This document shows, one piece after another, positions 1-10,395 of a DNA stretch of 62,187 bases (positions are counted from its first letter, which is position 1; each line of letters starts with the position of its first letter). The notes below the pieces were generated by a model that had not been told where the DNA came from, made no database searches, and was given only the letters and a program-made list of their open reading frames with translations. The position numbers were made by a program, and so were the translations under genes. The stretch is from Microbacterium sp. (GTDB lineage Bacteria > Actinomycetota > Actinomycetes > Actinomycetales > Microbacteriaceae), in NCBI GenBank assembly GCA_050701935.1, contig JBOGEI010000001.1, positions 1-62,187 of the forward strand. Direction: 5' to 3'.

Positions 1-1749
1 ACCCCGGATCGTGCGCTCTTCTCCGTGCCAGAGGGAGACGGCTGGCGCGACATCTCCGCCGCCGACTTCCAGACCGCCGTCGTCGCCCTGGCCAAGGGCT
101 TCGCCGCCGCAGGCATCCAGCCGGGCGAGAAGGTCGGTTTCCTCGCCAGAACGACGTATGAGTGGACGCTGGTCGATTTCGCACTCTTCTACGCCGGTGC
201 CGTGATGGTGCCGATCTACGAGACCAGCTCCCCCTCCCAGATCCAGTGGATCCTCGAGGACTCCGGCGCTATCGCGTTGATCGTGGAATCGCCCGAGCAC
301 TTCGCCCGGGTCGATGAGGTCCGTGGCGACCTGCCTCTGATCCGCGAGGTGTGGCAGCTTCACCTCGGCGCCATCGACACTCTGACCGCGCAGGGCGCAT
401 CGGTGACCGACGGCGAGATCGAGCGTCGCCGCTCCCTCGCAGTGGGCTCCGACATCGCGACGCTCATCTACACCTCCGGCTCGACGGGCCGCCCGAAGGG
501 ATGCGTGCTCACCCACAGCAACTTCGTCGAGCTCTCCCGCAACTCGGCCAAGGCATTGGACGAGGTCGTCCAGACGCCCGGCGCATCCACCCTCCTCTTC
601 ATCACCACCGCACACGTTTTCGCCCGGTTCATCTCGATCCTCGACATCCATGCGGGAGTGCGCACGGGACACCAGCCGGACACGCGCCAGCTCCTGCCGG
701 CGCTCGGGTCGTTCAAGCCGACCTTCCTCCTCGCGGTCCCGCGCGTGTTCGAGAAGGTCTACAACTCGGCGGAGCAGAAGGCCGAGGCCGGTGGCAAGGG
801 CAAGATCTTCCGCGCGGCAGCCGACGTCGCGATCGAGCACTCGAAGTTGCTCGAGGCAGGCAAGCCGATCCCGTTCGGGATGAAGCTCAAGTTCGCCCTG
901 TTCAACAAGCTCGTGTACAGCAAGCTCAGAGAAGCCATGGGAGGCAACGTCGTCTACGCCGTCTCCGGCTCGGCACCGCTCGGCTCGCGGCTCGGACACT
1001 TCTTCCACAGCCTCGGCGTGGTCATCCTGGAGGGCTACGGCCTGACCGAGACGACGGCGCCCGCCACTGTGAACCTCGCGGACAAGTCGAAGATCGGCAC
1101 GGTCGGGCCGGCCCTTCCAGGGGTCGGGGTGCGGCTCGCCGAGGATGGCGAGATCGAGGTCCGCGGCATCAACGTCTTCAAGGAGTACTGGAACAATCCC
1201 GAGGCGACGGCTGAGGCCTTCAGCGAAGGCGGCTGGTTCCACACCGGCGACATCGGCAGCTTCGACGCCGAGGGCTTCCTCACGATCACCGGTCGCAAGA
1301 AGGAGATCATCGTCACGGCCGGCGGCAAGAACGTCGCTCCCGCCGCGCTCGAGGATCCGATCCGCGCGAACCCGATCATCGGCCAGGTCGTGGTCGTCGG
1401 CGATCAGCGTCCATTCATCTCGGCGCTCGTCACGCTCGACCCGGAGATGCTGCCGACCTGGCTCGCGAACAACGGGCTCGAAAGCACGATGTCTCTGGTC
1501 GATGCGTCGAAGAACCCGGCCGTGCGCGCCGAGGTGCAGCGCGCGGTGGACACCGCGAACGCCCGCGTCTCGCGTGCGGAGTCGATCCGGAAGTTCACGA
1601 TCCTCGACTCGGAGTGGACCGAGGCCTCCGGCCACCTCACCCCGAAGCTCTCGATCAAGAGGAACATCATCATGAACGACTTCGCGGATGAGATCGCCGC
1701 GATCTACGACGAGCCCGTCGCGACGACGAACGTCCCGATCGGCGGCTGA
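1..1749 (+). CDS. Long-chain fatty acid-CoA ligase (AMP-dependent synthetase, FadD15-like), 5' truncated by the window
   Basis: Frame is open from base 1; AMP-binding motif YTSGSTGRPKG, plus GYGLTET and FHTGDIG. Confidence 0.9.
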   Translation, partial: TPDRALFSVPEGDGWRDISAADFQTAVVALAKGFAAAGIQPGEKVGFLARTTYEWTLVDFALFYAGAVMVPIYETSSPSQIQWILEDSGAIALIVESPEHFARVDEVRGDLPLIREVWQLHLGAIDTLTAQGASVTDGEIERRRSLAVGSDIATLIYTSGSTGRPKGCVLTHSNFVELSRNSAKALDEVVQTPGASTLLFITTAHVFARFISILDIHAGVRTGHQPDTRQLLPALGSFKPTFLLAVPRVFEKVYNSAEQKAEAGGKGKIFRAAADVAIEHSKLLEAGKPIPFGMKLKFALFNKLVYSKLREAMGGNVVYAVSGSAPLGSRLGHFFHSLGVVILEGYGLTETTAPATVNLADKSKIGTVGPALPGVGVRLAEDGEIEVRGINVFKEYWNNPEATAEAFSEGGWFHTGDIGSFDAEGFLTITGRKKEIIVTAGGKNVAPAALEDPIRANPIIGQVVVVGDQRPFISALVTLDPEMLPTWLANNGLESTMSLVDASKNPAVRAEVQRAVDTANARVSRAESIRKFTILDSEWTEASGHLTPKLSIKRNIIMNDFADEIAAIYDEPVATTNVPIGG

Positions 1750-1760
1750 CGCTCACGATA

Positions 1761-1796
1761 TGAAGAAGGGCCCCGCGCGTGCGGGGCCCTTCTTCA
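1761..1796. terminator. Bidirectional intrinsic terminator
   Basis: Perfect 16-bp inverted repeat TGAAGAAGGGCCCCGC-gcgt-GCGGGGCCCTTCTTCA between convergent genes. Confidence 0.85.
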
Positions 1797-1816
1797 CGTC
1801 TTCACACCGCGTGCTC

Positions 1817-2308
1817 TCAGAACCAGGAGCTCTCGCGCACCTCGCGCATCGCGGCCTTGCGGGTCTCTGCATCGAGCCGGGTCAGGAAGAGCTTGCCGTC
1901 GAGGTGATCGGTCTCGTGCTGCAGCGCCTGCGCGAGGAGGCCATCGCCCTCGAGGACGACAGGCTTGCCATCGAGGTCGATACCCTCGACGCGAGCCCAG
2001 GGGTGACGCTGCGCATCGTGCCAGAGGCCTGGAACCGAGAGGCAGCCCTCCCCCGTCGGCTCCGGCTCACCGCGAACCTCTGTCAGCACCGGGTTGAGCA
2101 CATAACCGATGTCGCCGTCGATGTTGTAGCTGAAGGCGCGCAGAGCGACACCGATCTGCGGTGCCGCGACGCCAGCGCGCCCGGGCAGCTCCACGGTGTC
2201 GATCAGGTCGGCCACGAGTGCGCGTACTCCGTCGTCGATCTCCTCGATCGGCGCACAGACCGTACGCAGAACCGGGTCGCCGAAGATGCGGATCTCACGG
2301 ACTGCCAT
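1817..2308 (-). CDS. def: Peptide deformylase
   Basis: Motifs [13 protein letters not shown] and QHETDHLDG. Confidence 0.95.
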   Translation of the reverse strand: MAVREIRIFGDPVLRTVCAPIEEIDDGVRALVADLIDTVELPGRAGVAAPQIGVALRAFSYNIDGDIGYVLNPVLTEVRGEPEPTGEGCLSVPGLWHDAQRHPWARVEGIDLDGKPVVLEGDGLLAQALQHETDHLDGKLFLTRLDAETRKAAMREVRESSWF

Positions 2309-4026
2309 CAGGCGGCCCTGGCCCGCAGGCCCTCGACCAGCAGCGCCGCGAGTTCGCGGGCGGCGATCCGGGTCTCCGGCAGCAGGTTCGCGAACACGAT
2401 CGTCCCCCCGCCCGCGATCTGCGGGTCGTATGGGACTCGGACCACGCTGCGCGCACGAGTGGCGAAGTGCGCCTGCAGTTCGTTCAGGCGCACCAGCGGT
2501 GCTCCCGGCGTGGACTGGTTCAGCACGACGATCGCCTCACGAGCCTGCTCGGCGTAGCCATTCGTCTCGAGCCACGTGAGCGTCTCGGACGCGAGCCGAG
2601 CCTCATCGACGCTGAGACCCGAGACGATGACGATCTGGTCCGCGAGGTCGAGCGTCGCCGACATCACGGAGTGCACGATCCCGGTCCCGGTGTCGGTGAG
2701 CACGAGCGAGTAGTAGTGTGCCGCGACACCGGCGACGTCGCGATAGTCGCTATCGCTGAACGCCTCGGCGATGCGTGGATCGGAGTCGGACGCGAGCACA
2801 TCGAGACGGGTCGCATCCCGAGCCACGATGGCCGAGATGTCATGGTAGCCCCTGACATCGTCGTGGATCCTGACGAGATCGCGCACCGACTTGCTGTGGT
2901 TCGAACGCACGATGCGCTCGGCGAGCGTGCCGCGATCGGGATTGGCGTCGACGGCGATCACGCGATCTTCGCGCGCGTCGGCGAGCGCCATGCCCAGCAG
3001 TGCGGTGATCGTCGTCTTGCCGACGCCGCCCTTGCGTGAGAGCACCGGGATGAAGCGCGCTCCACCGGCGAGCGGGGCAGCGATCCGCGCCGACAGCGCC
3101 TTGCGCTCGCGCGCACGGCGTCCGTCACCGATGTTGATCCGTCGCCCCGAGACCGCATAGAGGAAGTGACTCCATGCTCCCTCGGGCTCCGCCTTCGTGA
3201 TCCGGTGCGGGTCGAGCAGACGATCGGCTGTGAGCAGATCGGCGGACTCGCGAGACGATTCGCCCAGATCGTCCAGGCGCTTCGAGGTGAGCGTCACGTC
3301 TGTGCGCGCTGTCGCCCGTGCGGGCTGCGGCACGACGGACCTCTCTTCTGGAGTGGACACGGTGTTGCTCTCCTTCTCGACGGAGGCCCGCACCGCTGAT
3401 GCCGGAGCGGGAGTCGTCGCGATCTCGGAACGAGCTCTGGCGAGGAATCGCGCGGCAGCTTCCTTCTCCGCTGCCTGAGCTTCGGCTGCATCATGCTCGT
3501 CGACGGTCGGTTCCGGTTCCGGTTCCGGTTCCGGTTCCTCGATGACGATCGCATCGACGACATCGACGGTGCGATCGGATTCGAGCGCGGACACGTCGAT
3601 CACGATCGGTTCGACGACCGGCGCCTCCTCGATCACCCCCGTGACGACCGGTGGCTCCACGATCGGCGTCACCGTCGGAGCGGGCTCGTCGATCATGGGG
3701 TTCAACGGCTTCTCGACCGTCGCCGGTTCCGCCGTCGCCGACGACGCGGGCCGAGGACTCGGTGCTGCGCGCAGGACCGGCTTCGTCTTGGCCGGGGAGC
3801 TCACCTTCGGCTCCACAGCACGAGGCGGATCGACGACGAGGTCGCCGATGACCTCGCCTTCGACGACCCCGTCGTCGGCGAGGTCATCGTCCTCGTCCTT
3901 GGGGAGGGTCACGCTGACCTGGGCGGTCCTGCCGAGGATGCCGATACCGGCCGTGTCCACAGACGCGGCTTCGTCGAGCACCCCCAGCGGGTTGTCCTCG
4001 GGGTCAGTGGTGTTCTTCGGTGTCAC
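2308..4026 (-). CDS. MinD/FlhG-like ATPase with long acidic, Pro-rich N-terminal extension
   Basis: Deviant Walker [18 protein letters not shown] and DTGTG; GTG start at 4026 after GGAG; stop overlaps def start. Confidence 0.8.
   Translation of the reverse strand: MTPKNTTDPEDNPLGVLDEAASVDTAGIGILGRTAQVSVTLPKDEDDDLADDGVVEGEVIGDLVVDPPRAVEPKVSSPAKTKPVLRAAPSPRPASSATAEPATVEKPLNPMIDEPAPTVTPIVEPPVVTGVIEEAPVVEPIVIDVSALESDRTVDVVDAIVIEEPEPEPEPEPTVDEHDAAEAQAAEKEAAARFLARARSEIATTPAPASAVRASVEKESNTVSTPEERSVVPQPARATARTDVTLTSKRLDDLGESSRESADLLTADRLLDPHRITKAEPEGAWSHFLYAVSGRRINIGDGRRARERKALSARIAAPLAGGARFIPVLSRKGGVGKTTITALLGMALADAREDRVIAVDANPDRGTLAERIVRSNHSKSVRDLVRIHDDVRGYHDISAIVARDATRLDVLASDSDPRIAEAFSDSDYRDVAGVAAHYYSLVLTDTGTGIVHSVMSATLDLADQIVIVSGLSVDEARLASETLTWLETNGYAEQAREAIVVLNQSTPGAPLVRLNELQAHFATRARSVVRVPYDPQIAGGGTIVFANLLPETRIAARELAALLVEGLRARAA
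3509..3538. repeat. Perfect 6-bp tandem repeat (GGTTCC)x5 encoding [10 protein letters not shown]
   Basis: Read directly from the sequence. Confidence 0.9.
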
Positions 4027-4091
4027 GATGTCGCTCCAAGCCTGCGCGGGCCTCGGGTGCGCACATGATGCGCGGCCTCGCCCGCACAAGG

Positions 4092-7000
4092 TTAGTGCGC
4101 CGGACGGATCACGACCAAAAGATCTCCGGCGTCCACCTGCTGCGTCTCGGCGATCGCATGACGTTCGATGACGCCGTCGACGGGTGCGGTGATGGCCGCC
4201 TCCATCTTCATGGCCTCGATGGATGCGACAGGCTCCCCCGCTCGGACAGTGGATCCGACCTCGGCCTTCAGCGTGACGACGCCGGAGAACGGAGCCGCGA
4301 CCTGGCCGGGTACGGAGGTGTCGGCCTTCTCGACTTCGATCGCGTCCACCTTGATGGATCTGTCGCGGACGAACACCGGACGGAGCTGTCCGTTGAGAGT
4401 CGTCATGACCGTGCGCATGCCCTTGTCGTCGGCATCGCCGATCGCTTCGAGCCCGACGTACAGCCGCACACCGCGATCGATCTCGATCTGATGCTCCTGC
4501 CCCGCCACGAGCCCGTACAGGTAGTCGCTCGTATCGAGCACCGAGAGGTCGCCGAACAACTCGCGGCGCTCGGCATACTCCGCGCTGGGAGCCGGGAACA
4601 GCAGCGTGTTCAGTCGCGTCCGCCGTTCGGTGCTGCTGCCGGCAAGCGCGGCTTCGTCATCCTCGGTGATCGCGGTGAGACCGACACGCACCGAACGCCC
4701 GGCGAGCACCTTCGTGCGGAAGGGCTCCGGCCATCCACCCGGCAGCTCGCCGAGTTCGCCGGCCATGAAGCCGACGACGGAATCCGGGATGTCGTACTTC
4801 TCGGGGTTCGCCTCGAAGTCTGCGGGGTCGGCCTTGACGGCGGCCAGGTGCAGTGCGAGATCTCCGACGACCTTGGACGAGGGCGTCACCTTGGGAACAC
4901 GACCGAGGATTCGATCGGCGGCGGCGTACATGTCCTCGATGAGCTCGAAGTCGTCTGCGAGGCCGAGCGCCTTCGCCTGCTGGCGGAGGTTCGAGAGCTG
5001 ACCGCCCGGAATCTCGTGGTGATAGACGCGGCCCGTGGGTCCCGGGAGACCCGACTCGAACGGAGCGTACTGGCGACGCACCGCCTCCCAGTACGGCTCC
5101 AGATCCGAGACGGCGTCGAGGGAGATCCCGGTGTCGCGCTCGGTATGCGCGAGCGCAGCGATCAGGGATGACAGCGAGGGCTGGCTCGTGGTCCCGGAGA
5201 GCGGCGCCGATGCGGCGTCGACCGCATCCACACCCGCAGCGCTGGCCGCGAGGAGAGTCGCGAGCTGGCCGCCGGGGGTGTCGTGCGTGTGCAGGTGGAC
5301 CGGGAGGTCGAAACGCTCACGCAACGCCGTGACGAGCTTGGCCGCCGCGGCCGGACGCAGCAGACCCGCCATGTCCTTGATCGCGATGATGTGCGCCCCG
5401 GCCTCGACGATCTGGTCTGCGAGGCCCAGGTAGTAGTCGAGGGTGTAGAGGTCTTCGGCGGGATCCAGCAGGTCACCCGTGTAGCAGAGCGCCACCTCCG
5501 CGACGGCGGTTCCGGTGTTGCGGACGGCCTCGATCGCCGGACGCATCTGCTCGACGTCGTTGAGCGCATCGAAGATGCGGAAGATGTCGACGCCACTGGC
5601 GGCCGCCTCGGCGACGAACGCCTGGGTCACAGCCGTCGGGTACGGCGTGTAGCCGACGGTGTTGCGACCGCGCAGCAGCATCTGGATCGCGACGTTCGGA
5701 AGCGCCGCGCGCAGTTTGTCGAGTCGCTCCCATGGGTCTTCGCCCAGGAAGCGCAGCGCGACGTCGTAGGTGGCGCCACCCCACGCCTCGACCGAGAGCA
5801 GACCGGGCGTAAGCCTTGCGAGATACGGTGCGGCCGCAACGAGATCTTTCGTACGCACCCGCGTGGCCAGCAGGGACTGATGCGCGTCGCGGAACGTCGT
5901 GTCCGTGACCGCCAGCTCCGTCTGCTCGCGCAGGCTCCGCGCGAAACCCTCGGGTCCCAGTTCGAGGAGCCGCTGACGCGACCCCGGCGCAGGTTCGGAT
6001 GCCAGGTCGACGGCGGGCAGCTTGGTGACCGCGTCGACGACGCCGGGATGCACGCCGTGCGGCTTGTTCACAGTGACGTCGACCAGCCAGTTCAGCAGCT
6101 TCGTGCCACGGTCCTTCGAGACGCGACCGCGCAGGAGCTCTGGACGCTCGTCGATGAACGAGGTGCTGACGTCGCCGGCGATGAATGCATCGTCTTCCAG
6201 GAGCGCCTGGAGGAAGGGGATGTTGGTAGAGACGCCACGGATGCGGAACTCGGCGAGGGCACGACGAGCGCGCGCCACGGCTGCGGGGAAATCGCGTCCT
6301 CGGCAGGTGAGCTTCGCCAGCATCGAGTCGAAGTGCGGGCTGATCTGCGCCCCCTGGTGCACCGTGCCGCCATCGAGACGGATACCGGCGCCGCCCGGCG
6401 AGCGGTACGTGGTGATCTTGCCGGTGTCCGGGCGGAATCCCTGTGTCGGGTCCTCCGTCGTGATCCGGCACTGCAACGCCGCACCTCTCAGGTGAAGGTT
6501 CTGCTGCTGGAGACCGAGCTCGGCGAGAGTCTGACCGGAGGCGATCCGCATCTGGCTCTGCACCAGGTCGACATCGGTGACCTCTTCGGTCACGGTGTGC
6601 TCGACCTGGATGCGGGGGTTCATCTCGATGAAGACGACTTCGCCCGTGCGCTCCCCCGCCGTCTCGAGCAGGAACTCGACCGTTCCGGCGTTCTCGTAGC
6701 CGATGGACCGGGCGAAGGCGATGGCGTAGCCATGCAGCGCGATGCGGACGCTGTCATCGAGGTTCGGCGCCGGGGCGATCTCGACGACCTTCTGATGACG
6801 CCGCTGCACAGAGCAGTCGCGCTCGAAGAGGTGCACAGTCTCACCCGACTTGTCGGCGAGGATCTGCACTTCGATGTGACGGGGCCGCACCACCGCCTGC
6901 TCAAGGAACATCCGCGGATCGCCGAAGGCACTGGATGCCTCGCGCATGGCCTCGGCCAGAGCCGGGGCGAGATCGCCTGCCGTCTCGACGCGGCGCATCC

Positions 7001-7499
7001 CCCTGCCACCGCCGCCGGCGACCGCCTTCGCGAACAGCGGGAATCCGATCTCCGCCGCCTGCGCCACCAGCGCGTCGACGTCGTCGGAGGCTTCAGTGGA
7101 TCGCAGGACAGGAACCCCCGCCTCGACCGCATGACGTTTCGCCTCGACCTTGTTGCCCGCCATCTCGAGCACCTTCGAGGGCGGTCCGATGAAGACGATC
7201 CCGTTCGCCGCTGCCTTCTCCGCCAGCTCGGGGTTCTCGGAGAGGAACCCGTAGCCGGGGTAGATCGCGTCCGCGCCCGACTCGAGTGCGACACGGATGA
7301 TCTCATCGACGTTCAGGTACGCGCGTACGGGATGGCCACGCTCGCCGATCTCGTAGGCCTCGTCGGCCTTGAGTCGATGCACGGAGCCGCGGTCTTCGTG
7401 CGGGAACACCGCGACGGTGCGCGCTCCCACTTCGACTGCCGCACGGAAGGCACGGATCGCGATCTCGCCGCGATTCGCCACAAGGATCTTCTGGAACAT
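4092..7499 (-). CDS. pyc: Pyruvate carboxylase
   Basis: Biotin carboxylase N-terminus (KILVANRGEIA), carboxyltransferase motifs RDAHQSL and HLHTHD, biotinylation motif EAMKM. Confidence 0.97.
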   Translation of the reverse strand: MFQKILVANRGEIAIRAFRAAVEVGARTVAVFPHEDRGSVHRLKADEAYEIGERGHPVRAYLNVDEIIRVALESGADAIYPGYGFLSENPELAEKAAANGIVFIGPPSKVLEMAGNKVEAKRHAVEAGVPVLRSTEASDDVDALVAQAAEIGFPLFAKAVAGGGGRGMRRVETAGDLAPALAEAMREASSAFGDPRMFLEQAVVRPRHIEVQILADKSGETVHLFERDCSVQRRHQKVVEIAPAPNLDDSVRIALHGYAIAFARSIGYENAGTVEFLLETAGERTGEVVFIEMNPRIQVEHTVTEEVTDVDLVQSQMRIASGQTLAELGLQQQNLHLRGAALQCRITTEDPTQGFRPDTGKITTYRSPGGAGIRLDGGTVHQGAQISPHFDSMLAKLTCRGRDFPAAVARARRALAEFRIRGVSTNIPFLQALLEDDAFIAGDVSTSFIDERPELLRGRVSKDRGTKLLNWLVDVTVNKPHGVHPGVVDAVTKLPAVDLASEPAPGSRQRLLELGPEGFARSLREQTELAVTDTTFRDAHQSLLATRVRTKDLVAAAPYLARLTPGLLSVEAWGGATYDVALRFLGEDPWERLDKLRAALPNVAIQMLLRGRNTVGYTPYPTAVTQAFVAEAAASGVDIFRIFDALNDVEQMRPAIEAVRNTGTAVAEVALCYTGDLLDPAEDLYTLDYYLGLADQIVEAGAHIIAIKDMAGLLRPAAAAKLVTALRERFDLPVHLHTHDTPGGQLATLLAASAAGVDAVDAASAPLSGTTSQPSLSSLIAALAHTERDTGISLDAVSDLEPYWEAVRRQYAPFESGLPGPTGRVYHHEIPGGQLSNLRQQAKALGLADDFELIEDMYAAADRILGRVPKVTPSSKVVGDLALHLAAVKADPADFEANPEKYDIPDSVVGFMAGELGELPGGWPEPFRTKVLAGRSVRVGLTAITEDDEAALAGSSTERRTRLNTLLFPAPSAEYAERRELFGDLSVLDTSDYLYGLVAGQEHQIEIDRGVRLYVGLEAIGDADDKGMRTVMTTLNGQLRPVFVRDRSIKVDAIEVEKADTSVPGQVAAPFSGVVTLKAEVGSTVRAGEPVASIEAMKMEAAITAPVDGVIERHAIAETQQVDAGDLLVVIRPAH

Positions 7500-7592
7500 G
7501 CACACCTCTGGGAGCTCGATGCGCAGCGTTTTCGATGCGCATGGGGCGGGGCTGAGTGTTCCCCCAGCCTAGGGGAAGGTAACGTGGTCTCC

Positions 7593-8405
7593 GTGCACGT
7601 ACTCAGCGTCAGCTCTCTCAAGGGGGGCGTCGGCAAGACGACCGTGACACTCGGGTTGGCCTCAGCGGCCTTCGCCCGAGGAGTCCGGACTCTCGTCGTC
7701 GACCTCGACCCGCAGTCCGACGTCTCCACCGGGATGGACATCCAGGTGGCCGGACGCCTCAACATCGCCGACGTCCTGGCGAACCCGAAGGAGAAGGTCG
7801 TCCGTCAGGCGATCACCTCCAGCGGCTGGGCGAAGGTGCACCCCGGAACGATCGATGTGCTCATCGGCAGTCCCTCGGCGATCAACTTCGACGGTCCGCA
7901 CCCGAGCGTGCGCGATGTGTGGAAGCTCGAGGAGGCCCTCGCTTCCGTCGAGGCCGACTACGACCTCGTCCTCGTCGACTGCGCCCCTTCACTGAATGCA
8001 CTGACCCGAACGGCGTGGGCGGCGAGCGACCGCGTCATGGTCGTCACCGAACCCGGGCTCTTCTCTGTCGCGGCAGCCGACCGTGCCCTCCGCGCGATCG
8101 AAGAGATCCGCCGCGGACTCTCCCCACGGCTGCAGCCTCTCGGCATCGTCGTGAACCGCGTGCGCCCGCAGTCCATCGAACATCAGTTCCGCATCAAGGA
8201 GCTGCGTGACATGTTCGGTCCTCTCGTCCTCTCGCCGCAGCTGCCGGAGCGCACATCGCTGCAGCAAGCTCAGGGTGCCGCCAAGCCGCTGCACATCTGG
8301 CCGGGCGACTCGGCTCAGGAGCTCGCGGCCGACTTCGATCAGCTGCTCGACCGCATCATCCGCACGGGACGCATCGCCGTCCCCGAGAGCGGCCAGCAGA
8401 GCTGA
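7593..8405 (+). CDS. ParA/Soj family ATPase
   Basis: [15 protein letters not shown] and DCAPSL; true start is GTG 7593 inside a long shadow ORF. Confidence 0.9.
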   Translation: MHVLSVSSLKGGVGKTTVTLGLASAAFARGVRTLVVDLDPQSDVSTGMDIQVAGRLNIADVLANPKEKVVRQAITSSGWAKVHPGTIDVLIGSPSAINFDGPHPSVRDVWKLEEALASVEADYDLVLVDCAPSLNALTRTAWAASDRVMVVTEPGLFSVAAADRALRAIEEIRRGLSPRLQPLGIVVNRVRPQSIEHQFRIKELRDMFGPLVLSPQLPERTSLQQAQGAAKPLHIWPGDSAQELAADFDQLLDRIIRTGRIAVPESGQQS

Positions 8406-8425
8406 GAGCCACGACACGCACAGCG

Positions 8426-8457
8426 AAACGGCCGCCCTCATCGAGGACGGCCGTTTT
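8426..8457. terminator. Intrinsic terminator between convergent genes
   Basis: AAACGGCCG...CGGCCGTTTT hairpin with T tail. Confidence 0.75.
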
Positions 8458-8477
8458 CTGTGTGACGCGGACGCGCG

Positions 8478-9023
8478 TCAGGCGGAGCGTTTGGTGCGAC
8501 GAGCGGTGAGCTCGTCGACGGGGTCGGGAGCGGTCGCATCGAACGCGACGAGCGTCGACTCGACTTCGCGGAGCACCTTGCCGACGGCGATGCCGAACAC
8601 GCCCTGGCCGCGGCTGACGAGGTCGATGACCTCATCGTTCGAGGTGCAGAGATAGACCGAGGCGCCGTCGCTCATGAGCGTCGTGCCTGCGAGGTCGCGG
8701 ATGCCGGCGCGACGCAGCTCTTCGACTGCGGTGCGGATCTGCTGCAGAGAGATGCCGGTGTCGAGAAGACTCTTCACGAGCTTGAGGACGAGGATGTCGC
8801 GGAAGCCGTAGAGACGCTGGGACCCGGAGCCGCTCGCACCGCGGACGGTGGGCTCTACCAGCTCGGTGCGGGCCCAGTAGTCGAGCTGGCGGTACGTGAT
8901 GCCGGCGGCACGAGCGGCGACAGCGCCACGGTAGCCGACCTCGTCATCCATGGCCGGGAGACCGTCCGTGAAGAGGAGTTCGGGTACGAACCGCGGGTCG
9001 CCTGTGAGCTCATCCGCATTCAT
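8478..9023 (-). CDS. MerR-family regulator (Rv1830-like)
   Basis: GITYRQLDYWART...GSGSQRLY signature; position in the garA cluster. Confidence 0.9.
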   Translation of the reverse strand: MNADELTGDPRFVPELLFTDGLPAMDDEVGYRGAVAARAAGITYRQLDYWARTELVEPTVRGASGSGSQRLYGFRDILVLKLVKSLLDTGISLQQIRTAVEELRRAGIRDLAGTTLMSDGASVYLCTSNDEVIDLVSRGQGVFGIAVGKVLREVESTLVAFDATAPDPVDELTARRTKRSA

Positions 9024-9123
9024 CTGAAATCCTCCCTGGAACGGTTATCTTCCACGGTAGAGCAGTGCCAGGGCACCGGCAATGACATCCGTGCGACCGC
9101 GAAGGTGTGTCGCAATCAGTTCG

Positions 9124-9810
9124 TTACGAAAGCACTCGCGACAGCGCGTCCTTGACGAAAAGCGAGCGCACTTCGTCGATCCGCGAGGCGAGTTCAGGGG
9201 CCAGCTCGCTGGCCTTCGCACGAGATGCGGCATCGGTCCGGCGCAGCAGCGCCGACATGGCTGATTCGATGAGGGCGACCTCTCGCTCCGCCCCCTGGCG
9301 CAGGGAACGGAGATGCCGCGGTTCGATGCCGTGCCGGTCGAGGGCGACGAGACCGCGGAGCAGGATCACCGTCGCCTCCTGGTAGTTCTCCTGCGCGGTG
9401 ATGACGCCGGTGCTGATCGCATCGTTGAGGAGCTGCGGTCCTGCGCCAGCGGCGGCGAGGAGCTCGTCACGGCGATAGCGGCGCGGTGTCGGGGCGATCG
9501 ACGGCGGCGGCACGAGCGCGGACGCATCTCCACCGGCATCGACCTCGTCGAGCTGTTCGCGGATGACGCTCAGCGGCAGGTAGTGGTCACGCTGCAGTGT
9601 GAGCCCGAGCCGGAGACGCTCGATGTCGGAAGCCGAGAACTTGCGGTAGCCCGAGTCCGTACGAGAGGGGCTGACGATGCCCTGCACCTCGAGGAAACGA
9701 AGCTTGCTGGAGGTCAGATCGGGAAACTCCGGGGTGAGCCTTGCGAGCACCTGACCGATACTCAGCAGGCCCGCGGACGCAGAGCGTTCGCGGGCGGGAG
9801 AAGCCGCCAT
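9124..9810 (-). CDS. MerR-family regulator (Rv1828/FtsR-like)
   Basis: SIGQVL...SKLRFLE...RTDSGYRKF HTH; directly follows the FHA gene. Confidence 0.85.
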   Translation of the reverse strand: MAASPARERSASAGLLSIGQVLARLTPEFPDLTSSKLRFLEVQGIVSPSRTDSGYRKFSASDIERLRLGLTLQRDHYLPLSVIREQLDEVDAGGDASALVPPPSIAPTPRRYRRDELLAAAGAGPQLLNDAISTGVITAQENYQEATVILLRGLVALDRHGIEPRHLRSLRQGAEREVALIESAMSALLRRTDAASRAKASELAPELASRIDEVRSLFVKDALSRVLS

Positions 9811-10295
9811 CAGGCGTTCGCCGCCACGCGGTCGCGAGGGGAGGCGAAGAAGTTCAGGCGGAACTTGCCGACACGGAGTTCGGAGCCGTCGACCAGCGCG
9901 CTGCGATCGACGCGCTCACCGTTGACATAGGTTCCGTTGAGGGAACGCTGATCGATGATCTCGAACGTCGATCCGGTGCGGGTGATCTCCGCATGCCGAC
10001 GGGAGACGGTCACATCGTCGAAGAAGATGTCGGCCTCGGGGTGACGGCCGACGGTCGTCACGTCGGTGTCGAGAAGGTAACGCGCACCGGCGAGTGCGCC
10101 GGAACGGACCAGCAGAAGCGCCGATCCTGCGGGCAGGGCGGCGATCGCGGTCTGCTCGATGTCGGTGAGTTCCACCCCGAACGGCACGAAAGACAGGTCG
10201 GAATCATGCCCGAACGTCTGCGTCACGTCGTGTCTCTGCTCACCGGAACGGTGGATCGCGGCTTCTCCGGCCGGTCGGCTGTCGCTGTCAGTCAC
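9810..10295 (-). CDS. garA: FHA-domain protein GarA/OdhI
   Basis: GRHPEADIFFDDVTVSRRH and SLNGTYVN FHA motifs; synteny with the two MerR genes. Confidence 0.85.
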   Translation of the reverse strand: MTDSDSRPAGEAAIHRSGEQRHDVTQTFGHDSDLSFVPFGVELTDIEQTAIAALPAGSALLLVRSGALAGARYLLDTDVTTVGRHPEADIFFDDVTVSRRHAEITRTGSTFEIIDQRSLNGTYVNGERVDRSALVDGSELRVGKFRLNFFASPRDRVAANA

Positions 10296-10395
10296 TGTGC
10301 CCTCCTGGTTGTCCAGACTAACGGATGCCGAGCCGCTCGCGGGAGGCCGCTTTCATACTCAGCCATCACATACCGGTTATTCATAGGGTGGACTC

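Noticed and set aside
5283..7592. 1040-aa + strand ORF and similar long antisense ORFs (10921-12528, 19461-22070, 31345-33435)
   Set aside because: Shadow frames opposite real genes in GC-rich DNA; only the ParA portion from 7593 is supported
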